A stretch of DNA of 64,000 nt, taken from assembly GCA_907165135.1 (NCBI GenBank), contig OU015569.1:7688001-7752000 (forward strand), written 5' to 3'. The position numbers and the translations under genes are program-made. Below are positions 51,199 through 63,297 of this stretch, one piece after another. The notes below the pieces were generated by a model. That model worked only from the letters and a program-made list of their open reading frames with translations, searched no databases and had not been told where the DNA came from. The stretch is from Oikopleura dioica (lineage: Eukaryota; Animalia; Chordata). Numbering within the stretch: position 1 is the stretch's first letter; each line of letters begins with the position of its first letter.

Positions 51199-54100
51199 AT
51201 GAGACTTGAAGAATTGCCCTACGATGCTGATCCGACGCATAAAATGGAAGTCTCAATAGCAGCTGCTGCAGCTCAATTGCGAGCAATCAGAGATCGTAAG
51301 ATCGCTCGAAATCGTCAGTACGGCAAGGCAGATGAAAACGCGCCGTCATTTGCTTCTGACGAAGTTCCAATCTTCCCTCAACAAGACAATATCCATGAGA
51401 CTGAATTCCTTAATGAGCGTCTCGGAGTAGGAAACAGATTACAAGCAAGCTCACTCTTTCTTCCGAGGGGACGAAAAACTTGGAAGTGCGGGGACTCTGC
51501 ACTACCTACTCCTCATTATGAAGGAAACTGGAAAGAACAAGATCAAACAACGCTCGCTATTCCTCTAGATCAGCTTAAGCCAGGCGGAAATTTAATGGCA
51601 CTCGTTCAAGAAACTATGATGTGCTACTACAATTATGAAGACAGATCTATTGTTGACCAAGTACTAACGAGACAAGAGGAGGACGTTTTCGATGGGGTCT
51701 GTACGACTGGCTTTTCAATCGATGGAATCCCGATGAATCAACCTCTGCTGATACCTATCCTGCCCAACGACCCCACTGATATTTTTTGTCGACTGCCAGT
51801 CGTCACAGCTATCGAGTTCAATCCAAATGCAAAGACGGGAACGCCAAAATATCGAGCAACGTTTCAGGCGTACGGCGAAACAATTCACGGCTTTGGCGAG
51901 ACACGAGCGCAAGCACGCCGAGATGGTGCTCTAAAATTATGCTACACTTTCCAGCACGTTTTAGATGTCCACGATTTTGATCATGCCTTTTGGTATCCTT
52001 TGCCAAGTAAAGAACGACCAAAAGCCAGAGGAAAAGCGGAGAACGAGCTCGTTAACGCCGTCCGTTGTAAGGCTGATGAGTCTCATCCGATTGAAACTGA
52101 AGTTGCCCCTCGTCTTTTTCAATCACAAGTTACCGTTCAAGGTAAGAACATATAATATGTTACATATTCTATGAATGATATCTGACCTTTTTAATAGGTT
52201 TCAAAATCCAAGCCCAAGCATGGTCGAAGAAGCTTGCACGAAAAAGACTTCATCTTTATCTAATGTTATTAATGCCGAAAGAGCTTCGCAAAGTGGACAC
52301 AACTGCGTGGCTTGGTGATGGCGCTGGAATGGCACCTGACGTTACTTATGGACAAACTGATGTACAGCGCGGACTAAAACGGTCGTCTGATATTGAGCTT
52401 GAGAAGCTTGCCAAAATTGCAAGGAAACAGCCTCTTAGAATCTTTGACGGTAACGATGACCAGCTGAAGGTGATTGCAGAAAAGCACGTCGCAACCGCAT
52501 TCAACGACACTGCGAGCTTTCCAATTAACCCACGAGCAAAAAAGTCTATGTCTTTCTTCCTTCAACACCGCTGCCAGGGTCGATATAAGTTTGATAGGAT
52601 TGACAAAACAGTCAATGACAAACTAGTAGTGAATCTGCTTTTACCTGATGGAACTGATCACATTGGACAAGGAAAAAATCTTGAAACAGCAAAACATAGT
52701 GCGCTTCTTTCGGCACTTGACAACAACTCTATTTTGGCCCAAACTGAGCCTATGTCATTTTTTGGCATATGTGCATATGGACTTGTGCAAAGCTTATGCA
52801 AGGGCGTTCATCTTGCTGTTCAACCAAATCATGATTCTAGGTATTAATTTTTCAGAGGAAGTAGTGCCTTATTATTTCTTATCAGTATTTGGACCTGCAC
52901 CATTCATACTGGTAAACCAGAAGAGAACGGCGACATGACTATCGAAAGCTTCGTTGCTTCGGATTTCACGAAAAAAGGCTCTCAACGCTTGGCATCGCTG
53001 GAGTTTTTGTCAAACTACAACGACGAAACGAGGCATATCTGGAAAATAGCGAAGAAGATCGCAGCCGAAAAACACAAAAATTTAACGATAAATCATCGAA
53101 ATTTACTTCAACAAGTATTTCAAAGCTTGAAGCAGAAGATACCAACTCCTGACGACGCAAATATGATAACGTGGAGCATTTACGGCAAGACCTTCTCGAT
53201 CAAGGGAACGGGTGAAAAGCCAATTGACGATCAGAATATTTTCGAAGAGGTTTCATCCGAATTCCCTTTTCTTACCGCCGTTCTGGAGCAAGAAGCAGAC
53301 TGCGATCCGCTAAAGATTATTAAGAATAAACTTTCGATGAATAAGAAATTGCAAGACATGGGTGGAAGAAAGATGAACTGGAAAATTGAACATTATGATG
53401 ATGAAGTTAAGGAAATGGGCTCAATTGTCGCTATAATTTGTGATAGCAAAATATTTTCACATGTTGAAAACCATCAAAAGTATTTCCGTGTATCCTTCAC
53501 GCTCCCGTCGCTGGATCGTTTCGTCGGAGAAGGGACTACTCTGACCAACGCCCAAAAGTCAGCGGCTTTAAGTTGTTTAAAAACTCACCCAGTTTTATCA
53601 ATTGGTGATAGTGCGTATGTATATTATTTGATGTCATAAATTTAGTCATTTTCTTAGGTTAGAGTTGCAGAATCACATGGTAACGCTTACAGACAGAGTT
53701 TCGCAAAGGGGTGGAACAGTCACCACAACTGTTGAGTCTGGTGATCCAGATTGTCCGGTGACAATGTACTGCAGAGTCAGAGTTTCAGTCGAGCAAAACG
53801 GTGTTAAACTAACTGAAGCCACTGCAACTGGAATTTCCAAAGGTCATGCCGAATCTCGCGCTGCCTTCAAGATTGTTGAGGTGATAAAGAGCACAATACG
53901 CGAATTATTAACCAAAATTTCTAGGAGCCCAAGTATAATGGTAAACCAACCACTGCTCAGCTTACAGAAAGAAAAATAAATTTCCGCTGGGTGATCGAAT
54001 CTTCAAAAGAACAATTATTGAAGAAAGTTGCGCTCTATTACACTCCACCAGAACATCCTGAGCAAGTTTACCCAGGAGAGGGCATCTCGGAAAAATTGGC

Positions 54101-54495
54101 GAAAGCAAAAGCAGCGAAGTCATTCCTGAATGCGACGTTTGGACCCGATCGTTGCGTGCGTCTGGAACGAGAAGTGACCTCGATTCGCCAGATTAAACCA
54201 ATGAATCGTTGTGGCGAAGATGACCCATCTCTTCCACCGATATGTCGAGAAAGGGGCAATAGACTACCAGAGGATGTCATTGATTTGAACGTGGAAGCCC
54301 AAAAGAAATTCGAGAAACGAAAAGCTTTCATGGATAAAAGTAATTAATTGATACTCGTTTCTCCCAACTAAACAATCTACCTCAGTAAACATGAAAAAGA
54401 AGGGAATAAGTGAAGGCAAAGATTTGGAATCTACGACTCCTGAAGAACTCTCTTCTGATAAATTAGAAGTTGTCGAGGAAATGGAAAACACATAG
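51199..54495 (+). CDS. ~1000-aa protein with 7-8 dsRNA-binding-domain-like modules, no catalytic domain recognised
   Basis: Repeated beta-beta-G-x-G-...-A...AA helix pattern, e.g. GFGETRAQARRDGALKL, IGQGKNLETAKHSALLSAL, VGEGTTLTNAQKSAALSCL, ATGISKGHAESRAAFKI, GEGISEKLAKAKAAKSFL. Confidence 0.72.
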
Positions 54496-54785
54496 AAAGT
54501 CTTCTTACGCTAAAGAAGATAATCTCTGTTATACATTCAAGTGTGGGGGCGGTAGGCTCTCTCGATGAGTAATGCTCGAGAGAGAAATTCTAGTCCCTTT
54601 CCTTCGACTCTTTTTCGTCTGCTTCTTATTACTGCCTCATTTAGCATCTTTGTTTAGTCAAGCCATGAACATATTCCTGTTTATAAATTAATAATAATAA
54701 AAAACTACAAAAACTTCTTTCATCAAAAGGGAGCGTTTCAAAATTATATAAACGTCGTAAAATGAGGCTAAGATTAGTCGTTAGA

Positions 54786-55288
54786 ATGTTCAAAGTCGTC
54801 CGAACTGCTGCTCGAGGCCTTTCTGTGTCTGCCCGAGCTTCCATGCTCTCTCGACAGGCTGTTGTAGCTCAGATTCCGAAGGTTTCTGTCCGATTCGTCT
54901 CCCCCATGGCTACTTCCATCCAGGCAAGCAAACCGTATATTTCACACGAGTTAATCTTTGATAGGAAGTTTCCGATCGCGTCTTCTACGTTCTCAGCTGC
55001 TTCGATAAGATCGACCAGAGCAAACTCAGCCTTGACTCTCGATTCGGTTCGATTTTTCGAAACTTGTAAATGATTATATTGAATTCTAGATAAGGACCTT
55101 GGACTTGACAGCTTAGACACCACCGAAATTTGCCTTCAGATCGAGGAAGAGTTTATCCTTGAAATCTCCGTCGAACAGGTACATAAAATACTTTTCTCCA
55201 AAAGTAATTGACTTTACAGGCCGATTACTTGCTTACTCCACGGGAGATGATCGACTACATCTGCGACCGACTCGACATCATCCACTAA
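54786..55288 (+). CDS. NDUFAB1: Mitochondrial acyl carrier protein
   Basis: Presequence-like N-terminus, DLGLDSLD phosphopantetheine site, IEEEFILEI; four exons, first intron GC-AG. Confidence 0.93.
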
Positions 55289-55435
55289 TGAGATCGACAT
55301 AATTATTTATTCTATTAGAAAGAAATACTGCGATTTTATGATTGCTAGCTGACTCAAATTGAGCTCGGTCTTGTCCAGTAACGATAATAAATTACAAATC
55401 CGCAATAAATCTGGTCTATCTAATTTGATATTAGA

Positions 55436-57781
55436 ATGTCGTCAAGGAAGAGTAGACCGAAACAGGTTAATCGGAAAGATTTGAAGCACCTAAAGGAGTT
55501 TGGTGAGATGCATCCTGCAGATATTGCAGGTGCGCAGCGAAAACTCGAGGTAGAGAAGGCTAAAGGAAGGGACTAGAACTAGCCTAGTTGAAATGTTCAT
55601 AGAATAAACATTGCATATCCCTCGGAAGCGGAAGGTACGTACAAACGCGATATTATTCGAGCAAGAGCTCCAAAAACAAATGAAGATATCCTCAAACAGA
55701 AACGTAAGAAAGTAGAAGAAGATGAAGCCAACGAAGAGTCGCCTACCTCTTCTGAGTCGGACGAAGAAATTGAAATCGATGATCGAGTTGGGAAAGATGA
55801 ACTGTTCGATCTGCTCAAGCGAAGGAAAGAAGACGATGATGAGTCTGAAAGCGAGGAGCCCGACTTTTCAGAAGATGAAGAGGACGAAGACCAGGTCGAC
55901 GATGAAGTTATCGAGGCGGAGAACACGTGGCATACACATTTGAACACAGATCTCACTGGAAAGCAGATAGAATCAGTGTCCAACAAGAAGTCCTACGACA
56001 CCAAGAAAATTTCCCTCAACGTGTACAAACATACAACCCTGAAAGCACCACGAAATATAGATCTCCCGGATGTAAAATGCTTCGATGATCCTAGTACGCT
56101 GCACATTCGAGATCGTATTCAACGCAATATGAGGAAAATGGATGATCGAGAGAGAGATCTATTTTCTCTTTTCATCAATACAAAGGTATCAGCTGATTTC
56201 CATTTTTTGATAAAGATGTCTTTATAGATGTATACTGCCCCGCTACCAGTCGAAAAGTTCTATCTCCTTACGTTTTGCACGTCCTGAATCACGTGATGAA
56301 ATCTGATCGACTCGTTAGAAATAATACGCTGAAACTCACTACGATGACGGAGGAAGAGAAGGCTTCTGTAGACATACGAGACAAGCAACTGATGAAGCCA
56401 AAAGTTTTGATTATCGCTCCTTTCAGGTAAGATTATTTTACTAGCCGACAGATAAGTATAGTGCAGGTCAAATGCGAAGAAGATCGTTGATGAAATGATT
56501 CGACTTCTGACACCCCCTAGCGGCAAACTTGAAGTGGCTTATCGAAAACGTTTCCTAAAAGAGTTCGGGCACGATCTTCAGGCAGAAAAGGAATTCCAGC
56601 AGAAGAAGCGACCTGACGAGTTTAAACGCATCTTTGGCGGAAATTCTGACGACCACTTTCGAATGGGTCTATCGTACACGCCAAAACAGCTCAAGCTCTA
56701 CACGCCTTTTTATGCATCTGACGTGATCATTGCCTCGCCGCTTGGCTTGAAGCGGGTAATTGGCGATGATTCGGAGGACAAACGCAAGGAGTACGACTTT
56801 TTGAGCTCAATCGAGATCGTCGTTGTCGAACATGCTGACTATATTCTCATGCAGAATATTTCACATCTTCTTCACATCTTCAAAAATCTCAATCTGATGC
56901 CAAAGAAAGCACATGATTGCGACTTCGGAAGAGTCAAACTATGGTCTGCGGAGGGGCATTCAAAATATTATAGGTAAGATCTCTGTAATCACTCAGCTAG
57001 CAAGCTTTATGTTCTCTTAGACAAACGATTTTCTTGAGCCACACTCCAAATCTAAATTTCGACGCAATTATGACCAAACTGTGCTTCAATTACCGAGGGT
57101 ACGCTGAATGTCGACTTCAAGAAGTATCCTCACTTCTAGCGCTTAAAAATGTTGCTCTCCCGATTCCTCAAATCTTCCGAAAAGTCGAAGGGGGCAGCAT
57201 GGGTGAAGTCTTGCAGAATCGCTACAAGATTTTCATGAAAATTATGAATGAAATATCCAAAGCGAAGATCAAGAACGTCCTAGTTTACATACCGAATACA
57301 CTTCATTTTTACGTCGTAAGTAAAATTTGACAATAATTTCAAAATTAATGATCCTTGTCTTCAGCTTCGTGATAAGCTCACGGAATCCAAAATTGAACAC
57401 GTGTGCCTAACAGAGGAAACTTCTACAGGTCGAAGCAAAACAGCGAAGAAGATGTTTGAAAGCGGCGAGCGACCGGTGCTTGTGTTCACCGAGCGAAGAC
57501 ATTTTTTTCACCGAGTGACACAGCGAAAAGTATCAAGGGTGATATTCTTTGAGCCTCCAACTTTCCCACATTATTACTCGGAGGTTTCAAACTTTATAAT
57601 CGACCCATCATTTTCGGACGTTACAGTTCTTTGCAGCAAGTAATAGAAACTCGCAAAACTTAGAAAATAATTGTTTTCAAGGTTTGATCGGTTGCAACTA
57701 GAAGGAATTCTCGGAAGAAACGAGGCGAAAAGTCTACTGCGGAATGAGAAGGAAATCGTATGCTTTATGAACGAAAAATAA
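55436..57781 (+). CDS. UTP25: U3 snoRNA-associated protein 25 (DIEXF/Def)
   Basis: KHLKEFGEMHP, PKVLIIAPFR, GNSDDHFRMGL, FYASDVIIASPLGL, DFLSSIEI, TERRHFFHR; contains an apparent -1 frameshift at 56169-56172. Confidence 0.93.
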
Positions 57782-57970
57782 AAGAAAAACTCTTCTGAAT
57801 AATTATTTGCTACTAACTGTTCAAATTCAGCAGTTGTATCAATCTATTAGCCTTCTTAGTTTTCGATTATTAAAGGTATATCATATACCGTATATGGAAA
57901 AAAAAAGCGCCTGATAAATATCACAAAACGACAAAATGTACAATTATTTCAATTTATTATAAATACAAGG

Positions 57971-58050
57971 CAGGAAGAGTCAGGGCAAGGGAGGCACAGG
58001 CAGGATCAGGAAGAGGCAGGGGAAGGGAAGCGCAGGCAGGATCAGGAAAG
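57971..58050. repeat. Purine-rich 36-bp tandem repeat (~2.2 copies)
   Basis: caggaagagtcagggcaagggaggcacaggcaggat / caggaagaggcaggggaagggaagcgcaggcaggat / caggaaag. Confidence 0.8.
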
Positions 58051-58141
58051 TGCTGGGATCTAGAAAATATGAATGAGAAATTTTTAGGAAAAATCCTCAA
58101 GTTATTAGTTAGCTGATTTCTTACCATTTCATGAAGTGGGA

Positions 58142-58754
58142 TCAGTCGTCGAAGTCCAATTCGTCCCTTGCGAAGAGATCTAAAATTACTTTTATATCCT
58201 TGCAATCGGCCTTGGCTTACCTTGGCTCTGCTGGGACTGCGAATCTTCGAACGGATTCGCGAAGTCCAAGCTTTCGAGTCCTAAAAATAGATGATCAGAG
58301 GAAAATCGAATGTCCTTACCTTGCTGTTGGCTTTGCTGCTGTGACTGACTCTGAGTGTCGAATGGGTTCGCGTAATCCAGGACGCTCAAATCTGAAAAAC
58401 TTCGTTATGATTAGATCAAAGATGCATCAACTTACCTTCTTCCTCCATGTCTTCCGTCTTCGCAAAAATATCGTCGCCGTCTTTTTTCGCTAAAATACGA
58501 GTTAATAAATTAAGTTATTTCTACTAATTACCTTTCTTCCTTTCGACGAATGACAAGATCGAGCATTGTTCTGCTTCGAAACTTCTCTTCTTCTTTTCGA
58601 TCGGGTTGGATGTGGGATTGTCCTTGTGGACGATCGGCATCTTCTGATCGGGCCGTCGTACGATCATGGTGATGTCCAGCTGAGGGTGTTTCTGTCGGAG
58701 TTTCGCAGCTTCTTTGAAGAATGCTGAAATATCTCTGTCCATGTTTGAAGTCAT
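58142..58754 (-). CDS. Small orphan protein with duplicated SQ-rich exons
   Basis: Five GT-AG phase-1 exons: MTSNMDRDISAFF...ERKK | AKKDGDDIFAKTEDMEEE | DLSVLDYANPFDTQSQSQQQSQQQ | GLESLDFANPFEDSQSQQSQ | DLFARDELDFDD*. Confidence 0.65.
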
Positions 58755-59128
58755 CTCTCAAAAATAGAATCAAATAAAATTATTCTTAGGTCGTGTGAGT
58801 GAAACTTAGACCAATCAATGATGAAGTAACTACTGTACGAGGGCTGTCTTACCACACATGAGGCGCTCTAGAGCTCCGTTGCGCCGCTACCGACAAAAAC
58901 AGACAGCAGAAGATAATCTTTGATATATTTCCCGAAGATATTATAAGATAAACTGTAGATCTAAAAGATGCGAAAGAAAATCAAGCGGTCAAAGTCGAAA
59001 CTAATTATTGTAATGAGAGGGTTATGTAAAATTATTCAAAAAATCGGACATTCTGGCAGGCTTCCTTACCGCGCGTTTCGAGCAGCAGTGGTAGCATTTT
59101 TTTCAAATTTCTAGACAAAAAAAAAGAG

Positions 59129-60593
59129 ATGGAATCGGACAGAGATTCAAGTGGCTATTGCTCCAGAAATAAATTGCCGGTCGAGGTTATCCCAAGATCA
59201 AGAAATGCGCTTTAAGTACCTATAGATCGTTTATTTTTTATGAAAGGAAACTCCATCAAATATAATTCAAAGCTTTCCAACAGTCTTCGTTTAAATCCAC
59301 GCAAAGCAAGGCGAAATCGCGCTCGAACTCCAATTTACAAGGAAACAGTCGTGGAAATCGCAATAGATAAAAAACACTGCCAGCGTTCTGGCCAAATTGG
59401 CGGTGTTCATGTGTCCGGTCGAGTTGGAATAAGCGGCGAAAAAGGGTCCAGGAAAGGCTTTTATAATACCAATTCATTTTCCGTTAGAATTTCAATTCGA
59501 ATTGAAACCTCGACGGAAGAGAAAAAAGCTACCTCGCGAATCGGTTAGCTCGAATCATGCGCGAGACAAATCCTGTGAAGCTTGTGGATTATTTGCGAAC
59601 CCGGATAGAGGAAGAAGAAGGAAAAGGTCATCGCTAATTTGACCCCAAAAGAATGAATTTTGATGGGGTCAGTTAGCGCTGATCTTTTTTAGAGAATTTT
59701 CTTGAGGCCTTGAGTCGGCTTTTTCCTTACGAAGAATTTCCTCTTTTCGATAAAATGCATAGATCAGAAAGCTTTTATAAAAAGTCCATCTTTTTCTCCA
59801 AAGAAGGGTTCTTGATAAGTTAAGTTTTACAATAAAATTGTGTTCGAACCATGAGCAGAAGACCCAGAAGTTTCAGAGAAGGAGTTTTTCTTTCCGGACG
59901 ATGATAATGATGAGCAAGACTCCCAAAGTACTTATGATGACGCAACCGATGTTCCAACTGAATACGACGCCCTTAGCTTATACAGGTATTCCATCTTTTC
60001 GTTCGCCAAAGCTTTACTTACTAGCCAAAATCTTTCCATGCACGTCTTTCCTGATCAGGGAATGAAAAACATTTACGAGGATATTCTTGATGAGCAATCA
60101 CAGCACGTCGACACTCTTCTTCCGAAATCAGCAGCGCTTGGACTGATCAAAAAGAACAAATTTCAAGAAAGCGTTGAGAAAAGAAACACTGAAATCATAG
60201 AAGAGAACGTAAATGAGTTTGGAAGTCGAAACATGAAAACTCAGAAAAGTTCATGGGGACATTGTGTGAGATGCCACAAGGGTTCGTTTTGCAAACTATT
60301 ATCAATTCAAATAGAAAATTTAAGAGTTCAGCAGCGACTCAGAATCTTGTGAGCTGCCACATCCGAGTTGTGATATGGTGTTGAGGCGACGTGATGACAA
60401 GAAATCATTCTACCGATGCCTTACCTGTGGAGCTGGAGTAAGTACAAACGGACCCTACGAAGAGTCGATTAAACATGGACTCTGCTTCTTGGGTACTCAC
60501 ACGCTTGACATAAAAGAAGTCACTTATCGAAATGAGACTGGAGCTGCGAAGACGTGCAAAGAAGAAGGATGCAACAAGATTTTCTTTGTTTGA
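59129..60593 (+). CDS. Uncharacterised protein with acidic middle and C-terminal Cys/His putative Zn-binding domain
   Basis: Spliced frame gives HCVRCHKEF...SCELPHPSC...YRCLTCG...CFLGTH...CKEEGC; 5' exons uncertain. Confidence 0.5.
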
Positions 60594-60852
60594 AATAAAA
60601 ATTCAGCTATCGAACTCAACTAAATTGTTGCTGCAATTCTTTTGTCGCACTTTAGTTGTGATTATCCATCGCGCTCGCAGCGAAGTCCCAAGAACTTTGA
60701 GTCTTTAGATCAGCTTTATCTCGCTCCTTGAACGAGAAATCAAATTTTTAGAAGATTAGTACCTCAATAACAAAACTAAACGCATCAAAGTTGTGCTTTC
60801 ATGCGAAAATCACTGAGGTGGAAGATTATCTTTTTCATATATTTTCTAAACT

Positions 60853-61400
60853 CTATTCATTTAATGCAGGTGCACAATAATCAAAGCTTTGGCTCATAAC
60901 TTCCGAATCAGTTTCCACGACAATATGTTTCGCGTAGATTTTCGTGTGTCTTCTGATATCTTCCAATTCACAGTTTGTATTCGTTCCACACTCCCATGCG
61001 CCTACTTCTCTCGGTGGACATGCCTCTGCATTTTTCGATCGCAACAGCTCTACTTCAGATTCGAATCCATCTGAATTAATTGAAGACTCTGAAAAAATTT
61101 CATAAAAGTGGAGCAATGATATTTTACTATTTATTATCCAAACGCCGGATTCTGTTTTATTGAGGGAAACGTGCCCTTCGGTCCACTAAAAAGTCATGTG
61201 AGATGAAAGTATATGTCCTCTAAAACCTCTAAAGAATCGTAGCTTGTGCGTTTAAAGTAGCCGGATACAACAGGGCCAACAAATGTATACACAGTCGGAC
61301 AGTATTCTTTCTGGGAAGATTTTGTCACTCTTATCTCTTTAATAGGTTCAATTTCAATGAAAAGTTGAAAATGCCTCTTTCTCACCTACTGCCATCAACG
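60853..61400 (-). CDS. Probable uncharacterised gene (two or more exons)
   Basis: Two open frames (61194-61385, 60853-61116) with GT/AG boundaries; no known motif. Confidence 0.3.
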
Positions 61401-62087
61401 ATTGAAAAAGACTAAAAAACATCATATTTTCCGTGAAATGTAAAACTGTAAATGATCTAGCGTAGCTTCTTTTAAATTGGTTGTTATAATTGAGCAATCA
61501 ATTTATGAATGACAACTATTCTGACGACAATTAGCGAGTTAACAAGGAGCAATTTAGAAATAAGGAAAAAGCTAAATGATGGCGTTAAACCAAACCATGT
61601 GGAATAAGGTGTGAGTCTCGAAAAGAAAAGTCGCAGTTGTGCAGCTCACAAGGTGTTCACTTGTCAGGTGACTGGTGTTACATAAATTCAAAAGGAACTA
61701 ATGTTGCTCGATACTTTCGAAATAGAGTGAGAGACGAGATCAAGGTAACTTAAAATTTTTATCAAAGTAATATGAAAAGGATTGTAATAACTTTCACTTT
61801 AATAGGAAATTTTCATTCGATTCAATTTACTTAATGAAATTTATGAATAATGAAAATGATAATTTTGTTTGCACCGAAATAAATGATCTTGCTCTGAAGA
61901 TTGATTAATAAAACATAATAGACGGCGGTAGAGGTCCCTTTGCGTTTTCGTTTCTGATTTTAAGAAGTCGATACGGCGCAGAGAGAAGTTAAATCAACCT
62001 TTTCGTTAAAGCCGTTTCAGAACTGAAAAAGAAATAAGGCAAAGAGAAAACAAGTTCTGCTGGCACTTCCAAAACTGAGCAAAAATA

Positions 62088-63189
62088 ATGGGAAATCTAA
62101 CGTTGGGAAGGAAAAACACCCAGCCCATAAGATCAGTGCTTTTAACGGACGCTGGACAAATAGAAGAAACACCACGATCAGGTAGATGAGCTTTTTTATT
62201 TGATCCTTTTTACATGTTCTTCTCACGACATATTATTTGAATATTTACAAAGTCGCTCTTAGTTTAAATGTCAAGTAATTTTTTCATTTAAAATGTTTTT
62301 TTTTTCTTAAATTTGACCTTTAGTCAAGTTTTAACATTGTTATAAGTATAAACATAAAGCATCCAACAAAAACACCGCGAAGACGACTTAGTGTTAGTCC
62401 TGCCAAAGCTGACCCGTCAAATATTCACTAACTTGCGGCGTAATTAGATTAGTTTCAGAGCGACGAGATTCGTATCGAAAGGAGCGTGCACCACCTTTGC
62501 TCTACATTAACCGACTAAGCTCAACATTGTCCTCTGACGGTCTCTGTCGCTGTAGAAGCTCTATGGATCGGGCTTCGAGCTTTTCTTCGCGCGACGATGT
62601 CTTCGAAGAAGAGAACAAGTACTGGGCGCTCAAGATCAAAGAACTAGAAAGTTATGACGACTGGGACAAGCAGTACATCTTAGGCATGGGATATATAAAG
62701 CACGCGGTAGTTACTGTAACGTCGAATGGAAAAGGAAAATATGCCAGAATTAATCAAACACGCGCTGCTTGTTCATTCCTTTTTCTGATTCACTGCTTCG
62801 CGATGCAATTATTCTGAAACGCGAGATGGAAACGGCGCAGTTGATTGAGCTCGGTGCCAATGTCAATTGCAAAACCTTCTCTCAGGTAAACTGATTTGCC
62901 AACAATAAGCCAATTTATACGCGATGTAAAACTCAACTACTCTCTGTTCGAAATAAATGCGACTAAAATATTATCATCCTTGCTATCAATGATTTTTCTG
63001 TTTAAGTTTTCACCCGACAACAAGAATGATAGTCAGCTGCATTATGCAGTGAGAACTGGCGATGAACGTATCCTCAAACGCCTTCTGAAAAGTGGTGCCG
63101 ACCCTGTCTCCTGTGGGCATAAAGGAAAAACACCTCTCGATATTTGCGATGATCCAACACTCAGGATACTCCTCAAGGATTTCGCCTGA
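62088..63189 (+). CDS. Ankyrin-repeat protein
   Basis: LIELGANVN and SQLHYAVRTGDERILKRLLKSGADP...GKTPLDI ankyrin motifs; start MGNLTLGRK is tentative. Confidence 0.7.
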
Positions 63190-63297
63190 TTAAATTATTC
63201 TTCCGAGCAACTCAATACTTTAGCTGTAATAAACATGAAGCATAAATTGATTTTGTAAATAACCAATTTAGTTTGGGTAGCTTTATTAATGAATTTA

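Larger units (their letters stand above)
45090..57781 (+). other. Putative polycistronic operon (RABAC1-SNRPC-TAPT1-IMP3-CSTF2-dsRBD-NDUFAB1-UTP25; possibly extending upstream to 37.3 kb)
   Basis: Co-oriented genes with stop-to-start gaps of 49-431 nt and AG acceptor-like sites immediately before several ATGs. Confidence 0.65.

Noticed and set aside
59615-59630. Fourth candidate GA donor (GAAG|gaaaag)
   Set aside because: A GT donor 6 nt downstream has the same phase, so nothing requires the GA site.
62700-62830. Possible frameshift in the ankyrin gene
   Set aside because: A phase-0 GT-AG intron ending at cgcgag|ATG also restores the frame; ambiguous without cDNA.
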